Of a stretch of 64,000 bases of DNA, positions 1-11,665 are shown in pieces (positions within the stretch are counted from its first letter, which is position 1; every line of letters starts with the position of its first letter). Origin of the DNA: an uncultured Streptococcus sp. (lineage in GTDB: Bacteria; Bacillota; Bacilli; Lactobacillales; Streptococcaceae); NCBI GenBank assembly GCA_963521495.1, contig CAUQVK010000001.1:34221-98220 (forward strand), given 5' to 3'. Position numbers and translations under genes: made by a program. Under the pieces are notes generated by a model. It had not been told where the DNA came from and searched no databases. It saw only the letters and a program-made list of their open reading frames with translations.

Positions 1-589
1 CTGGGAAAGGAATTTTAGTGTTAGGGATATTAACACCTTTTTGTTTAGCGATTACACCGTCATTTTCAACTTCAACTTCAAATTCACGAGTCACATCATC
101 TTTAGCAACAACACGAAGACCAAGTTTACCATCGTCAATTAATACTTGGCGTCCAACTTCAACATCATCATAGATATCAAGTGAACCAGCAACGTTCAAT
201 GCAATTACTTCACGAGTTGATTGAATTCCTTGTTTAGTTGCAACACGAATTTTTTCACCAGTTGTGTAAGAGTATTCTTTTGCATCTCCTTCGAACAATT
301 CTGTACGGATTTCTGGTCCTTTTGTATCAAGAAGGAAACCAACTTTTTTACCTGCAAGTTTTTCAGCAAGTTTAACAGTTGCCATACGGTCACCTTGTTC
401 TTGGTGATCACCGTGAGAGAAATTGAAACGGAAAGTATTAGCACCAGCTTCAATCAATTTAGCAATATTCTTAGCTGAAGCTTCAACATCAAGTTTTCCA
501 CTCCAGTATCCATCTTCACCGTATTTTTTTCCACCACGGATTTCTACCGCAGGACCCAAAGTTGCAACGATTTTTACACGTTTATTCAT
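1..589 (-). CDS. pyk: Pyruvate kinase, N-terminal part (runs off window start)
   Basis: Manual translation from ATG at 589: MNKRVKIVATLGPAVE...RFNFSHGDH...LLDTKGPEIRT (pyruvate kinase motifs); directly downstream of pfkA. Not in the ORF track because it is truncated. Confidence 0.97.
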   Translation of the reverse strand, partial: MNKRVKIVATLGPAVEIRGGKKYGEDGYWSGKLDVEASAKNIAKLIEAGANTFRFNFSHGDHQEQGDRMATVKLAEKLAGKKVGFLLDTKGPEIRTELFEGDAKEYSYTTGEKIRVATKQGIQSTREVIALNVAGSLDIYDDVEVGRQVLIDDGKLGLRVVAKDDVTREFEVEVENDGVIAKQKGVNIPNTKIPFP

Positions 590-648
590 GATTTTTGTGA
601 CTCCTTTATATATATGACCTTTTAGGTCTTATTAACTAAACTTATGGA

Positions 649-1686
<1,038 letters not shown>

Positions 1687-1737
1687 CTAACTGATTATAC
1701 CACAATTGATTAGAAAATTCTTCTATTTTCCGTATTT

Positions 1738-4700
1738 TTAGCGATAAATCGTTTTCATAACCATTCCATTTAATCTAGCCTCTAATTCTGGAGAATTTTT
1801 TACGAAATGATGGGGACAAACAATAGTTCGTTGTTCTTCTTCATATCTTATTATAACGGGAATTGGTCCTTCATATTCTTCTAAAATCTTAAAAATCTCA
1901 TGATCATTCTGATGATTGTTAACCTGTATCCAAAAGCGTTCAGCAACTGCTTCTCTTATTTCTTGTGCAATCATTTGCAGACGGTCATCACGTGACTGGA
2001 TTTTTCCTTTTATATAGTAGAAGGCTCCCTCTTTTATTTCCTGCCCAACCTGACGATATAAGTCTGAAAAGAGAGTGACATCCAATTTTTTCTTACTATC
2101 ATCTACCTGTAAGAAAGCCATATTTTCGCCCTTTTTGGTACGAATTACTTTTATTTTCTGAACTTCAACCAAAATAATAGCGTAGCTATTTTCTGACAAA
2201 TTCCCAATTGGGGTAATCGGGTAAATAGCCTTACTTGCAATAGCTTGTAGGGGATGTTTGCTGACACCTATCCCTAAAAGCTCTTGTTCCATATAGAATT
2301 TTTCTTGATCCGTCCAATCTTCCGATTCCTGCCAACTATAAATAGTATCTCCAAACAAACTTCCTAACTCTTTTACAAATTCAAATAGATTAACTAAATT
2401 ATTGAATACTTTTTGACGATTTTTTTCAAATGAATCGAAAAGACCAACTTTTACCAAAGGTTCTAGCAGAGGAAGTTTCAGATAATTCTCAGGTAATTTA
2501 GCTATAAAATCTTCAATGTTAGAATAAGGTCTATTTTCAATAATCCAAAGCGCAAAATCCTTGCTGACTCCTTTAATCGATTTCAGACCTAGATAGATGG
2601 ACTTGTTGGCAATTTTATCGTGATAGGGAATGGTGTTGATGGACAGAGGCGCTACTTCAAAGCCTGATTCTAAGGCATCTGTTAAGTAATCACTGTTGGC
2701 AGAATTCAACATGACCTGATAAAAAATGGCTGGATAATGTGTTTTGAAATAAGCCAACTGGAAGGCCAAGGCTGAGTAGGCATAGGCATGGGATCTGTTA
2801 AAACCATAACCTGCAAACTTCTCCATAACATCAAAGACCTGCTCTGCCTTTTTCGCAGTATGACCAGCTTCTAAGGAGCCTTGAATAAAGGAAGCCCTCA
2901 TCTCATGCATGGCAGAGGCATCCTTTTTCCCCATAGCTCGGCGCAAAATATCGGCTTTCCCAAGACTAAATCCAGCAAAACGCTGAGCAACCTGCATAAC
3001 CTGCTCCTGATAGAGCATAATTCCGTAGGTTGGAGCCAAAATATCCTCCAGTACTGGATCCAGAACAGTCACTTCTTCCTGTCCATGCTTTCTTGCCACA
3101 AAATTATTGATGTAGTCACTAGCACCTGGTCTATTTAGAGAAGTAGTCGCTACGACATCTTCAAAACAAACTGGCTGCACACGCTTGAGCAAGCGAATGG
3201 CACCAGGTTGTTCAAATTGAAAGATACCTTTTGTATTACCAGAAGCAAAAAGAGCTAGCGTTTCTTTGTCTTCCAAATCTATTTCTTCAATTTTAAGGTG
3301 AATATCTTCTGTTTCAGCAAGCAATTCTTGCATTTTCTGGACAAAGGTCAAATTTCTTAGTCCCAGAAAGTCCATCTTCAAAAGCCCACTAGCTTCAACT
3401 CCATGAGCATCATATTGAGTCAGTGGAATTTCATCACCGTGCTTCAGAGGAATGTAGTTGGTCAAGTCTTGGTCACTGATCACAACACCAGCCGCGTGGA
3501 CAGAGGTTTGTCTTGGATAGCCCTCTATCTTGCAAGCAATCTCAAAGGCTTTTTGGTATTCTAACTTACTATTGATTTGCTGACGAAACTGGAGATTGCC
3601 CTCATAGGCCGACTTGAGATTATCACGAAAACTGATTTTCTTGGTAATTGCAGATAATTCATACTCAGGAACACCAAAACGTTTCAAGACATCTCGTAGA
3701 GCTTGCTTAGCTCCAAAGGTTGAAAAAGTAACGATTTGAGCAGCATGTTTACTGCCATATTTATTGCCAACATACCTGATAAAATCTGGACGATAAATAT
3801 CAGGAATATCGATATCAATATCAGGCATAGTATAGCGTTCACGATTGAGAAAGCGTTCAAAAATGAGATTCTTCTCTACTGGGTCAATCCCTGTGATATC
3901 TAAGGCATAAGAAACCAAGCTACCAACTGCAGAACCCCGTCCCATACCCATATAATAACCATTCGAACGTCCAAAACGCAGCAAATCCCAAACAACCAAG
4001 AAATAATCATCAAAGCCCATATCATGAATAACAGCCAATTCTTGGTCTAGACGGTCTTGATATTCTTTACCAGTTAACCCCTTCTGAGCAAGCCCCAGTT
4101 CAGCACGTTCTCTCAACTCTTCTACTGCTGGTCTAGCTGGGTTAAAACGAGGCAGTTTCAGACTAGTGTCCAAATCATAAGAAATGCCTGAAATCAGCTT
4201 TTCTAAATTGTCTAAGGCTTGCGGAAAACGTTCTTGGAATAATTTCTCTAAAGAACTTGCTGATATAAAGACATCTTGTCGTGAACGCAAGGGAACTTCT
4301 CTAAGTGGTAGATTTTCTTTAATCGCTGTTAAGACTTGCAAAACTTCTCTATCCCTGCTTTCAAAGGCATTGACCCGATAAAGGGGCAAGATTGGATGAT
4401 GAAATTCGCTTGCCAGTGTTTCTGGGTAAACCCCTATATAGTAATCACAGCCTAGATTTAACAACTCCAGTCCATCAAAATAAGGCACAATTACCGCAAT
4501 ATCTTCCAGATACTGAGATAGAACTGACCAATTTTTCTCCCCCTGCATCTTGGCTGTTGAAAGTTTCATCAACTGCTGATAGCCTACACTAGATAAAGCT
4601 AAAAAGCGCAAATTCACTTCCTGAGCATCCACAAATACAGTCATTTCAAGCCCTAATAAAGGATGAATGCCATATTTTTTTGTAACCTCTAGAAAGTCAA

Positions 4701-4839
4701 AAGCACCATAAAGATTATCAATATCCATCATAGCCAGATGAGTGTAGCCGTATTCTTTAGCTGCTCTCACATACTTTTCGATCGAAATGACGCTCTCCAT
4801 AAAACTATAGACTGTTTTTGTATCTAGTTGTGCGATCAA
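1738..4839 (-). CDS. dnaE: DNA polymerase III alpha subunit (DnaE)
   Basis: PHP domain, GRGSAVGSLV, FERFLNRER, MPDIDID, GFNRSH. Probable TTG start at 4839 (MIAQLDTK) behind a GAGGAG RBS; the track ORF extends to 4866. Confidence 0.97.
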   Translation of the reverse strand: MIAQLDTKTVYSFMESVISIEKYVRAAKEYGYTHLAMMDIDNLYGAFDFLEVTKKYGIHPLLGLEMTVFVDAQEVNLRFLALSSVGYQQLMKLSTAKMQGEKNWSVLSQYLEDIAVIVPYFDGLELLNLGCDYYIGVYPETLASEFHHPILPLYRVNAFESRDREVLQVLTAIKENLPLREVPLRSRQDVFISASSLEKLFQERFPQALDNLEKLISGISYDLDTSLKLPRFNPARPAVEELRERAELGLAQKGLTGKEYQDRLDQELAVIHDMGFDDYFLVVWDLLRFGRSNGYYMGMGRGSAVGSLVSYALDITGIDPVEKNLIFERFLNRERYTMPDIDIDIPDIYRPDFIRYVGNKYGSKHAAQIVTFSTFGAKQALRDVLKRFGVPEYELSAITKKISFRDNLKSAYEGNLQFRQQINSKLEYQKAFEIACKIEGYPRQTSVHAAGVVISDQDLTNYIPLKHGDEIPLTQYDAHGVEASGLLKMDFLGLRNLTFVQKMQELLAETEDIHLKIEEIDLEDKETLALFASGNTKGIFQFEQPGAIRLLKRVQPVCFEDVVATTSLNRPGASDYINNFVARKHGQEEVTVLDPVLEDILAPTYGIMLYQEQVMQVAQRFAGFSLGKADILRRAMGKKDASAMHEMRASFIQGSLEAGHTAKKAEQVFDVMEKFAGYGFNRSHAYAYSALAFQLAYFKTHYPAIFYQVMLNSANSDYLTDALESGFEVAPLSINTIPYHDKIANKSIYLGLKSIKGVSKDFALWIIENRPYSNIEDFIAKLPENYLKLPLLEPLVKVGLFDSFEKNRQKVFNNLVNLFEFVKELGSLFGDTIYSWQESEDWTDQEKFYMEQELLGIGVSKHPLQAIASKAIYPITPIGNLSENSYAIILVEVQKIKVIRTKKGENMAFLQVDDSKKKLDVTLFSDLYRQVGQEIKEGAFYYIKGKIQSRDDRLQMIAQEIREAVAERFWIQVNNHQNDHEIFKILEEYEGPIPVIIRYEEEQRTIVCPHHFVKNSPELEARLNGMVMKTIYR

Positions 4840-4869
4840 TTTACACTTCTCCTCTATCCTTCTCACTAT

Positions 4870-4878
4870 ATTATACCA
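4870..4878 (-). promoter_or_regulatory. Extended -10 promoter for dnaE
   Basis: TGGTATAAT on the minus strand about 30 nt upstream of the start. Confidence 0.6.
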
Positions 4879-5086
4879 TTTTCTTTAAATTTCTATTACT
4901 ATTACTGATGCTTTAATATCTAATAACTCAAATCATAGTTGACTAGACAATCCTTACCCGATTTTCAACAGTATCACTAATATTTTTTTACTTAAGTTTA
5001 TTATTTTACATGTTTATTTCACAAATACTTATTTTTATTTATTATAATTTCTATTAATTTTTATAGTTTCTTTTCTCTTTATTTTT

Positions 5087-5095
5087 TGATATAAT
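5087..5095 (+). promoter_or_regulatory. Extended -10 promoter for pepX
   Basis: TGATATAAT upstream of an AGGAGG RBS and ATG 5128. Confidence 0.6.
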
Positions 5096-5127
5096 AACCT
5101 TAATATGTTTCATAAATAGGAGGTCTT

Positions 5128-7410
5128 ATGCGTTTTAATCAATACAGCTATCTTAAAACTTCATCAACGCAGGCCCTGAATGATTTAGTTTCTTTAGGTT
5201 TCAACCTAAAACCTACTGATTCAGAAAAAAAGCAATTTGAGGACTTTATTCGTAAAATTTATTTCACATATCAGAATACAGATTATCCCTTGTCTACACT
5301 TGCTTCAGATAAAAATACTGATATATTAACTTTTTTTAAATCTAGTAAAGAACTAACTGCAGATATTTTCTATACTGTAGCCTTTCAACTTTTAGGTTTT
5401 ACTTACCTTGTTGACTTCGAAGACAGTGAAGTGTTTCGTAAAGAAACTGGATTTCCCATTGTATATGGTGACTTGATTGAAAAACTCTATCAGTTACTCA
5501 ATACTCGCACCAAAAAAGGAAATCTCCTGATTGATCAACTGGTAAGTGATGGTCTTATCCCTGAAGATAATACCTACCACTACTTCAACGGCAAGAGTTT
5601 GGCAACTTTTTCCAGCCATTATGTGATTCGAGAAGTGGTCTACGTTGAGTCTCGTGTCGATACTGACCAAAAAGGTCTACCAGACTTAGTCAAGGTTAGC
5701 ATTATTCGTCCACGTTATGAGGGACAAATCCCTGCCATCATGACAGCCAGTCCTTATCATCAGGGAACAAATGACAAGGCAAGCGATAAGGCTCTCTACA
5801 AGATGGAGGGCGAGCTTGAGGTTAAACCTGCTCATAAGATTGAACTAGAGGAACCTCAACTCAATCTCGTCCAACCCCAAGGTCAAGCTGAGCTTGTGTC
5901 AGAAGCTGAGGAAAAGCTAAGTCACATCAACTCTAGCTATACACTCAACGACTACTTCCTCCCACGAGGTTTTGCCAATCTCTATGTGTCAGGTGTTGGT
6001 ACCAAAGACTCTACTGGTTTCATGACTAACGGAGACTACCAGCAAATTGAGGCTTATAAAAATGTCATCGACTGGCTCAATGGTCGTTGCCGTGCCTTTA
6101 CCGACCACACGCGCCAACGTCAAGTCAAAGCTAACTGGTCAAACGGAAAAGTTGCCACAACTGGACTTTCCTATCTTGGAACCATGTCAAACGGGCTTGC
6201 GACTACAGGTGTAGATGGTTTAGAAGTTATCATTGCCGAGGCTGGCATTTCATCTTGGTACAACTACTACCGTGAAAACGGTCTGGTGACTAGCCCTGGT
6301 GGTTATCCAGGCGAGGACTTTGACTCCCTGGCTGAACTAACCTACTCACGTAATCTCTTGGCTGGCGACTATATTCGTGGTAATGAAGCTCACCAAGCTG
6401 ACTTAGAAAAAGTAAAAGCGCAACTGGATCGCAAGTCTGGCGACTATAATCAGTTTTGGCATGACCGCAATTATCTGCTCAATGCCCATAAGGTAAAGGC
6501 AGAGGTTGTCTTTACCCATGGTTCTCAGGATTGGAATGTCAAACCACTTCATGTTTACCAGATGTTCCATGCTCTACCTACTCATATAAACAAGCACCTC
6601 TTTTTCCATAATGGTGCCCATGTGTACATGAACAACTGGCAGTCCATTGACTTCCGTGAGTCCATGAATGCTTTGTTGACAAAGAAATTACTGGGACAAG
6701 ATACAGATTTTCAACTTCCTACTGTTATCTGGCAGGACAATACCACTCCTCAGACTTGGTTATCACTTGATGATTTTGGAAATCAAGAAAGCTCAGAAAC
6801 TTTCTCACTCGGTCAAGGAGAGCAAGTTATTCAAAACCAGTACCCAGATAAGGATTTTGAACGCTATGGTAATACATACCAGACCTTCAATACGGAACTC
6901 TATCAAGGGAAAGCCAATCAAATTACCATTGACCTTCCTGTGACTAAAGATCTTCACTTGAACGGCCGAGCACAACTTAAACTGCGTATTAAATCCAGCA
7001 CAAACAAGGGGCTTTTATCTGCTCAACTGATAGAATTTGGTCAAAAGAAATACCTACAACCTTATCCAGCTGTTTTAAATGCTAGAACTATTGACAACGG
7101 TCGCTACCATATGTTGGAAAATCTCAACGAATTGCCTTTTCGTGAAAATGCACAACGAGTCGTGACAAAAGGCTACCTGAATTTACAAAATAGGAATGAT
7201 TTACTGTTGGTAGAGGAGATTACTGCTAATGAATGGATGGATATCCAATTCGAACTGCAACCAACTATTTACAAGTTAAAAGAAGGAGATACTCTTCGTT
7301 TAGTCCTCTATACTACTGACTTTGAAATCACAATCCGTGACAATACCGCTTATCACCTGACTGTCGATCTTAATCAGTCTACTCTTATCCTACCTTGTCA
7401 AAAGGTATAA
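5128..7410 (+). CDS. pepX: Xaa-Pro dipeptidyl-peptidase
   Basis: 760 aa, MRFNQYSY start, catalytic [26 protein letters not shown]. Confidence 0.97.
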   Translation: MRFNQYSYLKTSSTQALNDLVSLGFNLKPTDSEKKQFEDFIRKIYFTYQNTDYPLSTLASDKNTDILTFFKSSKELTADIFYTVAFQLLGFTYLVDFEDSEVFRKETGFPIVYGDLIEKLYQLLNTRTKKGNLLIDQLVSDGLIPEDNTYHYFNGKSLATFSSHYVIREVVYVESRVDTDQKGLPDLVKVSIIRPRYEGQIPAIMTASPYHQGTNDKASDKALYKMEGELEVKPAHKIELEEPQLNLVQPQGQAELVSEAEEKLSHINSSYTLNDYFLPRGFANLYVSGVGTKDSTGFMTNGDYQQIEAYKNVIDWLNGRCRAFTDHTRQRQVKANWSNGKVATTGLSYLGTMSNGLATTGVDGLEVIIAEAGISSWYNYYRENGLVTSPGGYPGEDFDSLAELTYSRNLLAGDYIRGNEAHQADLEKVKAQLDRKSGDYNQFWHDRNYLLNAHKVKAEVVFTHGSQDWNVKPLHVYQMFHALPTHINKHLFFHNGAHVYMNNWQSIDFRESMNALLTKKLLGQDTDFQLPTVIWQDNTTPQTWLSLDDFGNQESSETFSLGQGEQVIQNQYPDKDFERYGNTYQTFNTELYQGKANQITIDLPVTKDLHLNGRAQLKLRIKSSTNKGLLSAQLIEFGQKKYLQPYPAVLNARTIDNGRYHMLENLNELPFRENAQRVVTKGYLNLQNRNDLLLVEEITANEWMDIQFELQPTIYKLKEGDTLRLVLYTTDFEITIRDNTAYHLTVDLNQSTLILPCQKV

Positions 7411-7876
7411 ACTATCAGACTTTCAATTTGGAAATATCTCCACTTGAACGGTCACTTGGTATCAAATTCAATCCCCAATAAGGGCTTATGATAAGCCTAC
7501 AACTGGAGTTTGGACAAAAGATACTATCACCCCTAACTAACATGTGCAATTATTTATAATACTCACTACCACACCACATGTTTGACAATCTCTGTGAATT
7601 TCCATTGATTGTAAATTCACAACAAGTTGTGACAAAAGGCTATCCTAATTGAATAATTTACTGTCAGTAAGGAGCATCAATATAAATGAATAGTTAGATA
7701 TCCAATTCGAACTGCAACCAACTATTTACAAGTTAAAAGAAGAAGATACTCTTCGTTTAGTCCTCTATACTACTGACTTTGAAATCACAATCCGTGACAA
7801 TACCGCTTACCACCTGACTGTCGATCTCGATCAGTCCACGCTTTCTGTACCTTGTACAAGGAGTAACACTTTATGA
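7411..7876 (+). pseudogene. Degenerate tandem copy of the pepX 3' region
   Basis: 7697-7827 matches pepX 7240-7370 with 2 mismatches. Upstream sequence aligns in decayed form with pepX from about 6920 (e.g. cacaacaagttgtgacaaaaggcta vs cacaacgagtcgtgacaaaaggcta; cacttgaacgg), with indels and a TGG>TAG stop at 7691. Confidence 0.9.
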
Positions 7877-8343
7877 ACAAATCAGAACACCGCCACCAAC
7901 TTATTCGTGCCCTTGTTAGCAAAACTAAAATTCATACTCAGTCTGAGTTACAAGCTCTTCTTGCTGAAAATAATATTCAAGTTACACAAGCAACTCTCTC
8001 AAGAGATATTAAAAGTATGAATCTCTCTAAAGTACGAGAAGAAGATAATTCTTACTACGTCCTTAATACTGGATCAACTTCAAAATGGGAAAAACGTCTA
8101 GAAGTCTATATGGAAGATGGTCTTGTTTTAATGCAACCTGTTCAACATCAAGTCCTATTAAAGACTCTTCCTGGCCTAGCTCAATCCTTTGGTTCTATTA
8201 TCGATGCTTTAAATTTTCCTGATGCAATTGCCACACTTTGTGGAAACGATGTTTGTCTCGTAATTTGTGAAAATTCAGATGCAGCTCAACACTGCTTTGA
8301 AAAATTAAAAAAATTTACACCTCCATTCTTCTTTGGAGATTAA
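7873..8343 (+). CDS. argR: Arginine repressor family regulator
   Basis: TQSEL...[10 protein letters not shown] w[11 protein letters not shown] and CGND C-terminal domain. Confidence 0.93.
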   Translation: MNKSEHRHQLIRALVSKTKIHTQSELQALLAENNIQVTQATLSRDIKSMNLSKVREEDNSYYVLNTGSTSKWEKRLEVYMEDGLVLMQPVQHQVLLKTLPGLAQSFGSIIDALNFPDAIATLCGNDVCLVICENSDAAQHCFEKLKKFTPPFFFGD

Positions 8344-8344
8344 G

Positions 8345-8378
8345 AAATACCCGTGTCTAATTGGACACGGATATTTTT
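8345..8378. terminator. Intrinsic terminator between convergent argR and small ORF
   Basis: ccgtgtctaa/ttggacacgg hairpin with A-rich and T-rich flanks. Confidence 0.7.
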
Positions 8379-8385
8379 ATCTTCT

Positions 8386-8544
8386 TTACTGAGATTGATT
8401 CTCATTGTTTGTTCGAGCTAATCTAATAGCTCTATTGGGATTGAGGCGATTGAATAATTCTTCTAATTTTTTTTCGTTCCAAACATCTGCTGCAGAAACA
8501 AAATTTCCATCAGCGTCTCGGAAAGATATCGGTTTATCTCCCAT
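8386..8544 (-). CDS. Small hypothetical protein (52 aa) downstream of obgE
   Basis: MGDKPISFRDADGNFVSAADVWNEKKLEELFNRLNPNRAIRLARTNNENQSQ*, with an AGGAG RBS overlapping the obgE stop; below the ORF-track cutoff. Confidence 0.8.
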   Translation of the reverse strand: MGDKPISFRDADGNFVSAADVWNEKKLEELFNRLNPNRAIRLARTNNENQSQ

Positions 8545-8553
8545 ATCAGTCTC

Positions 8554-9864
8554 CTAGTCTACAAATTCAAACTCAAACTTACCAATTCTTACTAAATCAC
8601 CATCTTTAGCTCCACGCGCGCGAAGGGCCTCGTCAACACCCATTCCACGTAATTGACGAGCAAATTTCATAACAGATTCATCACGATCAAAGTTGGTCAT
8701 ATTAAAGAGTTTCATCAGTTTTTCACCAGAAAGCACCCATGTTGCATCGTCATCACGACTAATTTCAAAGGCTTTTTCTTCCTCATCAAATCCATAGTAA
8801 GCTTCTTCTTCCATATCTGACTCATCATAGAGCAAGAATTCTGGTGTCTTGTCTAACAATTCAGCTGTTGCATCTAGAAGCGTCACCAGACCTTGCTTGG
8901 TCAAACCAGAAATCGGAAAGATAGCTGGAAGTTCTTCAAATTCATCGTAGTTTGCAGCAAGTTTTTTCTTAAATTCTGTAAGATTATCTTGACTCTCCGG
9001 CATATCCATTTTATTAGCAACGATGATCTGCGGACGTTCCATCAGTCGAAGATTATATGACTCTAACTCCTTATTAATAGCTAAATAGTCCTCATAAGGG
9101 TCACGACCTTCACTAGCAGACATATCAATGATATGTAGAATAACTCTAGTACGCTCAATGTGACGGAGGAACTGAGTTCCCAAACCAACACCTTGACTAG
9201 CCCCTTCAATCAAACCTGGTAAATCAGCTACTGCAAAGGATTCACCTGATTGGGTACGAACCATACCTAGATTTGGTACAATTGTCGTAAAGTGGTAGGC
9301 GCCGATTTTAGGTTTAGCTGAGGTAATAACACTTAAAAGGGTTGATTTCCCTACTGATGGGAAACCCACTAAACCGACATCTGCCAAGATTTTTAGTTCC
9401 AACTGTAACTCACGTTCCTGACCCGGTTCTCCATTTTCAGAGATTTCAGGTGCAGGATTTTTGGGAGTCGCAAAACGAATATTTCCACGACCACCACGAC
9501 CACCATGAGCCACAATGAATTCTTGACCGTGTTCAATCAGATCTGTGATCACTTTTCCTGTCTCTGCATCACGAACTGTTGTTCCTTGTGGCACACGAAC
9601 TCTAAGATCCTCAGCACCACGTCCATGCATCCCCTTGGTCATTCCTTTCTCGCCAGAATCAGCCTTGAAATGGCGATTATAGCGGAAATCCATGAGGGTA
9701 CGTAGTCCTTCATCTACAACGAAGACGACATTGCCTCCACGACCACCATCACCACCCCAAGGACCACCATTAGGGACATATTTTTCACGGCGAAAGGCAA
9801 CCATGCCATCACCACCATTACCAGCCTTGACCTTAATCTTGGCTGTATCTAAAAACATACTCAT
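8554..9864 (-). CDS. obgE: GTPase ObgE/CgtA
   Basis: Gly-rich Obg fold, [22 protein letters not shown]. Confidence 0.99.
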   Translation of the reverse strand: MSMFLDTAKIKVKAGNGGDGMVAFRREKYVPNGGPWGGDGGRGGNVVFVVDEGLRTLMDFRYNRHFKADSGEKGMTKGMHGRGAEDLRVRVPQGTTVRDAETGKVITDLIEHGQEFIVAHGGRGGRGNIRFATPKNPAPEISENGEPGQERELQLELKILADVGLVGFPSVGKSTLLSVITSAKPKIGAYHFTTIVPNLGMVRTQSGESFAVADLPGLIEGASQGVGLGTQFLRHIERTRVILHIIDMSASEGRDPYEDYLAINKELESYNLRLMERPQIIVANKMDMPESQDNLTEFKKKLAANYDEFEELPAIFPISGLTKQGLVTLLDATAELLDKTPEFLLYDESDMEEEAYYGFDEEEKAFEISRDDDATWVLSGEKLMKLFNMTNFDRDESVMKFARQLRGMGVDEALRARGAKDGDLVRIGKFEFEFVD

Positions 9865-9880
9865 TTTTTCTTCTCACTTT

Positions 9881-9905
9881 AAAAAAGGGCTGGGAAATCC
9901 CAGTC
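9881..9905 (-). terminator. Terminator-like hairpin immediately upstream of obgE
   Basis: Minus strand GACTGGGATTTCCCAGCCC followed by TTTTTT. Confidence 0.55.
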
Positions 9906-9927
9906 ACTAAATTTTCTTGAATCTATT

Positions 9928-10062
9928 TTATAGATTACTGAGGGCACCAATTGCAGTTGCAAAAATTCCCAATAAACTTGCTACTAGCATGATAATCACG
10001 ATAAACAAGGTTATTTTCTCAAACATCGTTTTTTTACGATTTCCATTATCTCCAAATGCCAT
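9928..10062 (-). CDS. Small single-TM protein, DUF4044-like (44 aa)
   Basis: MAFGDNGNRKKTMFEKITLFIVIIMLVASLLGIFATAIGALSNL*, AGGAG RBS; below the ORF-track cutoff. Confidence 0.85.
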   Translation of the reverse strand: MAFGDNGNRKKTMFEKITLFIVIIMLVASLLGIFATAIGALSNL

Positions 10063-10120
10063 TTTATACTCCTAATTTGAATTTAATTATCTTTAATATT
10101 AGCACGAATCATTCTAGTTT

Positions 10121-10312
10121 TCAATAGTCAGCTGATACAGGCGCAATCATCCATAAAATGAAATAGGCTACGATACCTGCACCATAACCAAAAGCTAGCA
10201 CACCCCAAATTACTCGTACTATGGTTGGATCCATATCGAAATAATGGGCAACACCTGCGCACACACCCGCTATCTTTTTGTCACGTCCACTTCTCATTAA
10301 CTTTTTTTCCAT
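10121..10312 (-). CDS. Phage-shock-protein C (PspC) domain membrane protein
   Basis: LMRSGRDKKIAGVCAGVAHYFDMDPTIVRV...YFILWMIAP is the PspC domain signature. Confidence 0.9.
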   Translation of the reverse strand: MEKKLMRSGRDKKIAGVCAGVAHYFDMDPTIVRVIWGVLAFGYGAGIVAYFILWMIAPVSADY

Positions 10313-10318
10313 CGCTCT

Positions 10319-11650
10319 TTACTCCTCATCTTGTCCATCTTTCCAATAATCTCTAATTCGTAACAGCTGAGCTTTAGAAGTCTTCAGCATTCGTCTCGAA
10401 CCTTTTACTGGGACAGCTACCACTTTCTGTGGTAGGTACAAAACAGTCTTGATTATTCGTTTGCTAACTGTATCATCCTTGGTTAGCTCTTTTTGGAAAT
10501 TATTTGAAATAATGGCATCTAGATAAAATTCATGGACATGTTTACCAAAGTTTTCAGCAGAAATCTCATATAATTTAGCTGACAATTTCACCTCGTCCAT
10601 ATCAGGTGTTGCGATCAAGGATTCTAATATGGCACCTCCTAAATCAGCATCTTCATAATATAAGGTCCCAAACATCTTATTATTGATTAGATTATCTAGA
10701 TAAGGATTCCCATGAGCAATGACCGGGGTTCCACTTGCCAAACTCTCCAAAAACGTTAAACCTTGAGTTTCACTAGTTGAAGCAGAAATAAAGAAATCTG
10801 CAGCCTTATAATAAAGAGCAGTCTCACTAGGAGAAATCATTCCGGTAAAAATAACTGAATCTTGAATCTCTAAATCTTGAGCCTGTTCTTTTAGACTATC
10901 TAGATAAGGACCATCTCCAGCAACCACCAATTTAACTTTATCTTCTTCTTTTAGAACATCAGCAAAAGCCTTTAATACGCCTTGTATATTTTTTTCAAAC
11001 GAAATTCTAGAAAGACTTAAAAGCATATTTTCATCGGCTTTAATCCCTAATTTAGAGCGTAGTTCTTTTAGATGTTCTTCTTTTATTTCAGGACGTTCAA
11101 ACTTTGCCAATTCGATACCGGTTGGAATAATCCGCTTTTCAACACTTACTTTATAGTCAGAAAGCAAATCACAGACAATCTCACTGGGACAAATAACACC
11201 ATCAACATCATGTAAAAATCCTCTTACAAGGTATTTAACCATACTCGGACGAATCAGTAGCCCTTTAGCAATGTAGTGAACATATTCCTCGTACTGAGTA
11301 TGATAGGTATGAATTACAGGTATTTTTAGTTCTCTTGCAATCCAAATCCCTAAAAGACCTAGAGAAAATTCTGTCTGTGTGTGTATAATATCCAATTGGT
11401 ATTGCCTAGCGATTTCAAGAGCCTTGCTAAAACCTCTATAAGCAAACCGTCTATCTTTAAATGCAAAGAAAGGAACACTGGGTATTCGGATAATTTGCCA
11501 ATCTTCATAACGGTTAACATCCTTATCCGTCGTCGTGAAGATAAAAACCGTATGGCCTTGCTTTTCCAATTCCGTTTTCAAAGTTCGAATACTAGTTGCT
11601 ACCCCAGAAACTTGAGGAAAATAGGTATCTGTAAATAAACCAACTCGCAT
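10319..11650 (-). CDS. lafA: GT4 glycosyltransferase, monoglucosyl-diacylglycerol synthase (LafA-like)
   Basis: MRVGLFTDTYFPQVSGVATS, HTYHTQY, SETQGLTFLES; paired with cpoA. Confidence 0.85.
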   Translation of the reverse strand: MRVGLFTDTYFPQVSGVATSIRTLKTELEKQGHTVFIFTTTDKDVNRYEDWQIIRIPSVPFFAFKDRRFAYRGFSKALEIARQYQLDIIHTQTEFSLGLLGIWIARELKIPVIHTYHTQYEEYVHYIAKGLLIRPSMVKYLVRGFLHDVDGVICPSEIVCDLLSDYKVSVEKRIIPTGIELAKFERPEIKEEHLKELRSKLGIKADENMLLSLSRISFEKNIQGVLKAFADVLKEEDKVKLVVAGDGPYLDSLKEQAQDLEIQDSVIFTGMISPSETALYYKAADFFISASTSETQGLTFLESLASGTPVIAHGNPYLDNLINNKMFGTLYYEDADLGGAILESLIATPDMDEVKLSAKLYEISAENFGKHVHEFYLDAIISNNFQKELTKDDTVSKRIIKTVLYLPQKVVAVPVKGSRRMLKTSKAQLLRIRDYWKDGQDEE

Positions 11651-11665
11651 AGATTACCTCACTTG

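Noticed and set aside
205..617. Short track ORFs 205-453, 221-478 and 423-617
   Set aside because: Alternative-frame or antisense shadows of the truncated pyk gene.
10121..10312. Possible pneumococcal surface protein C (pspC/cbpA)
   Set aside because: Name collision only: this is the 63-aa phage-shock PspC domain, with no choline-binding repeats.
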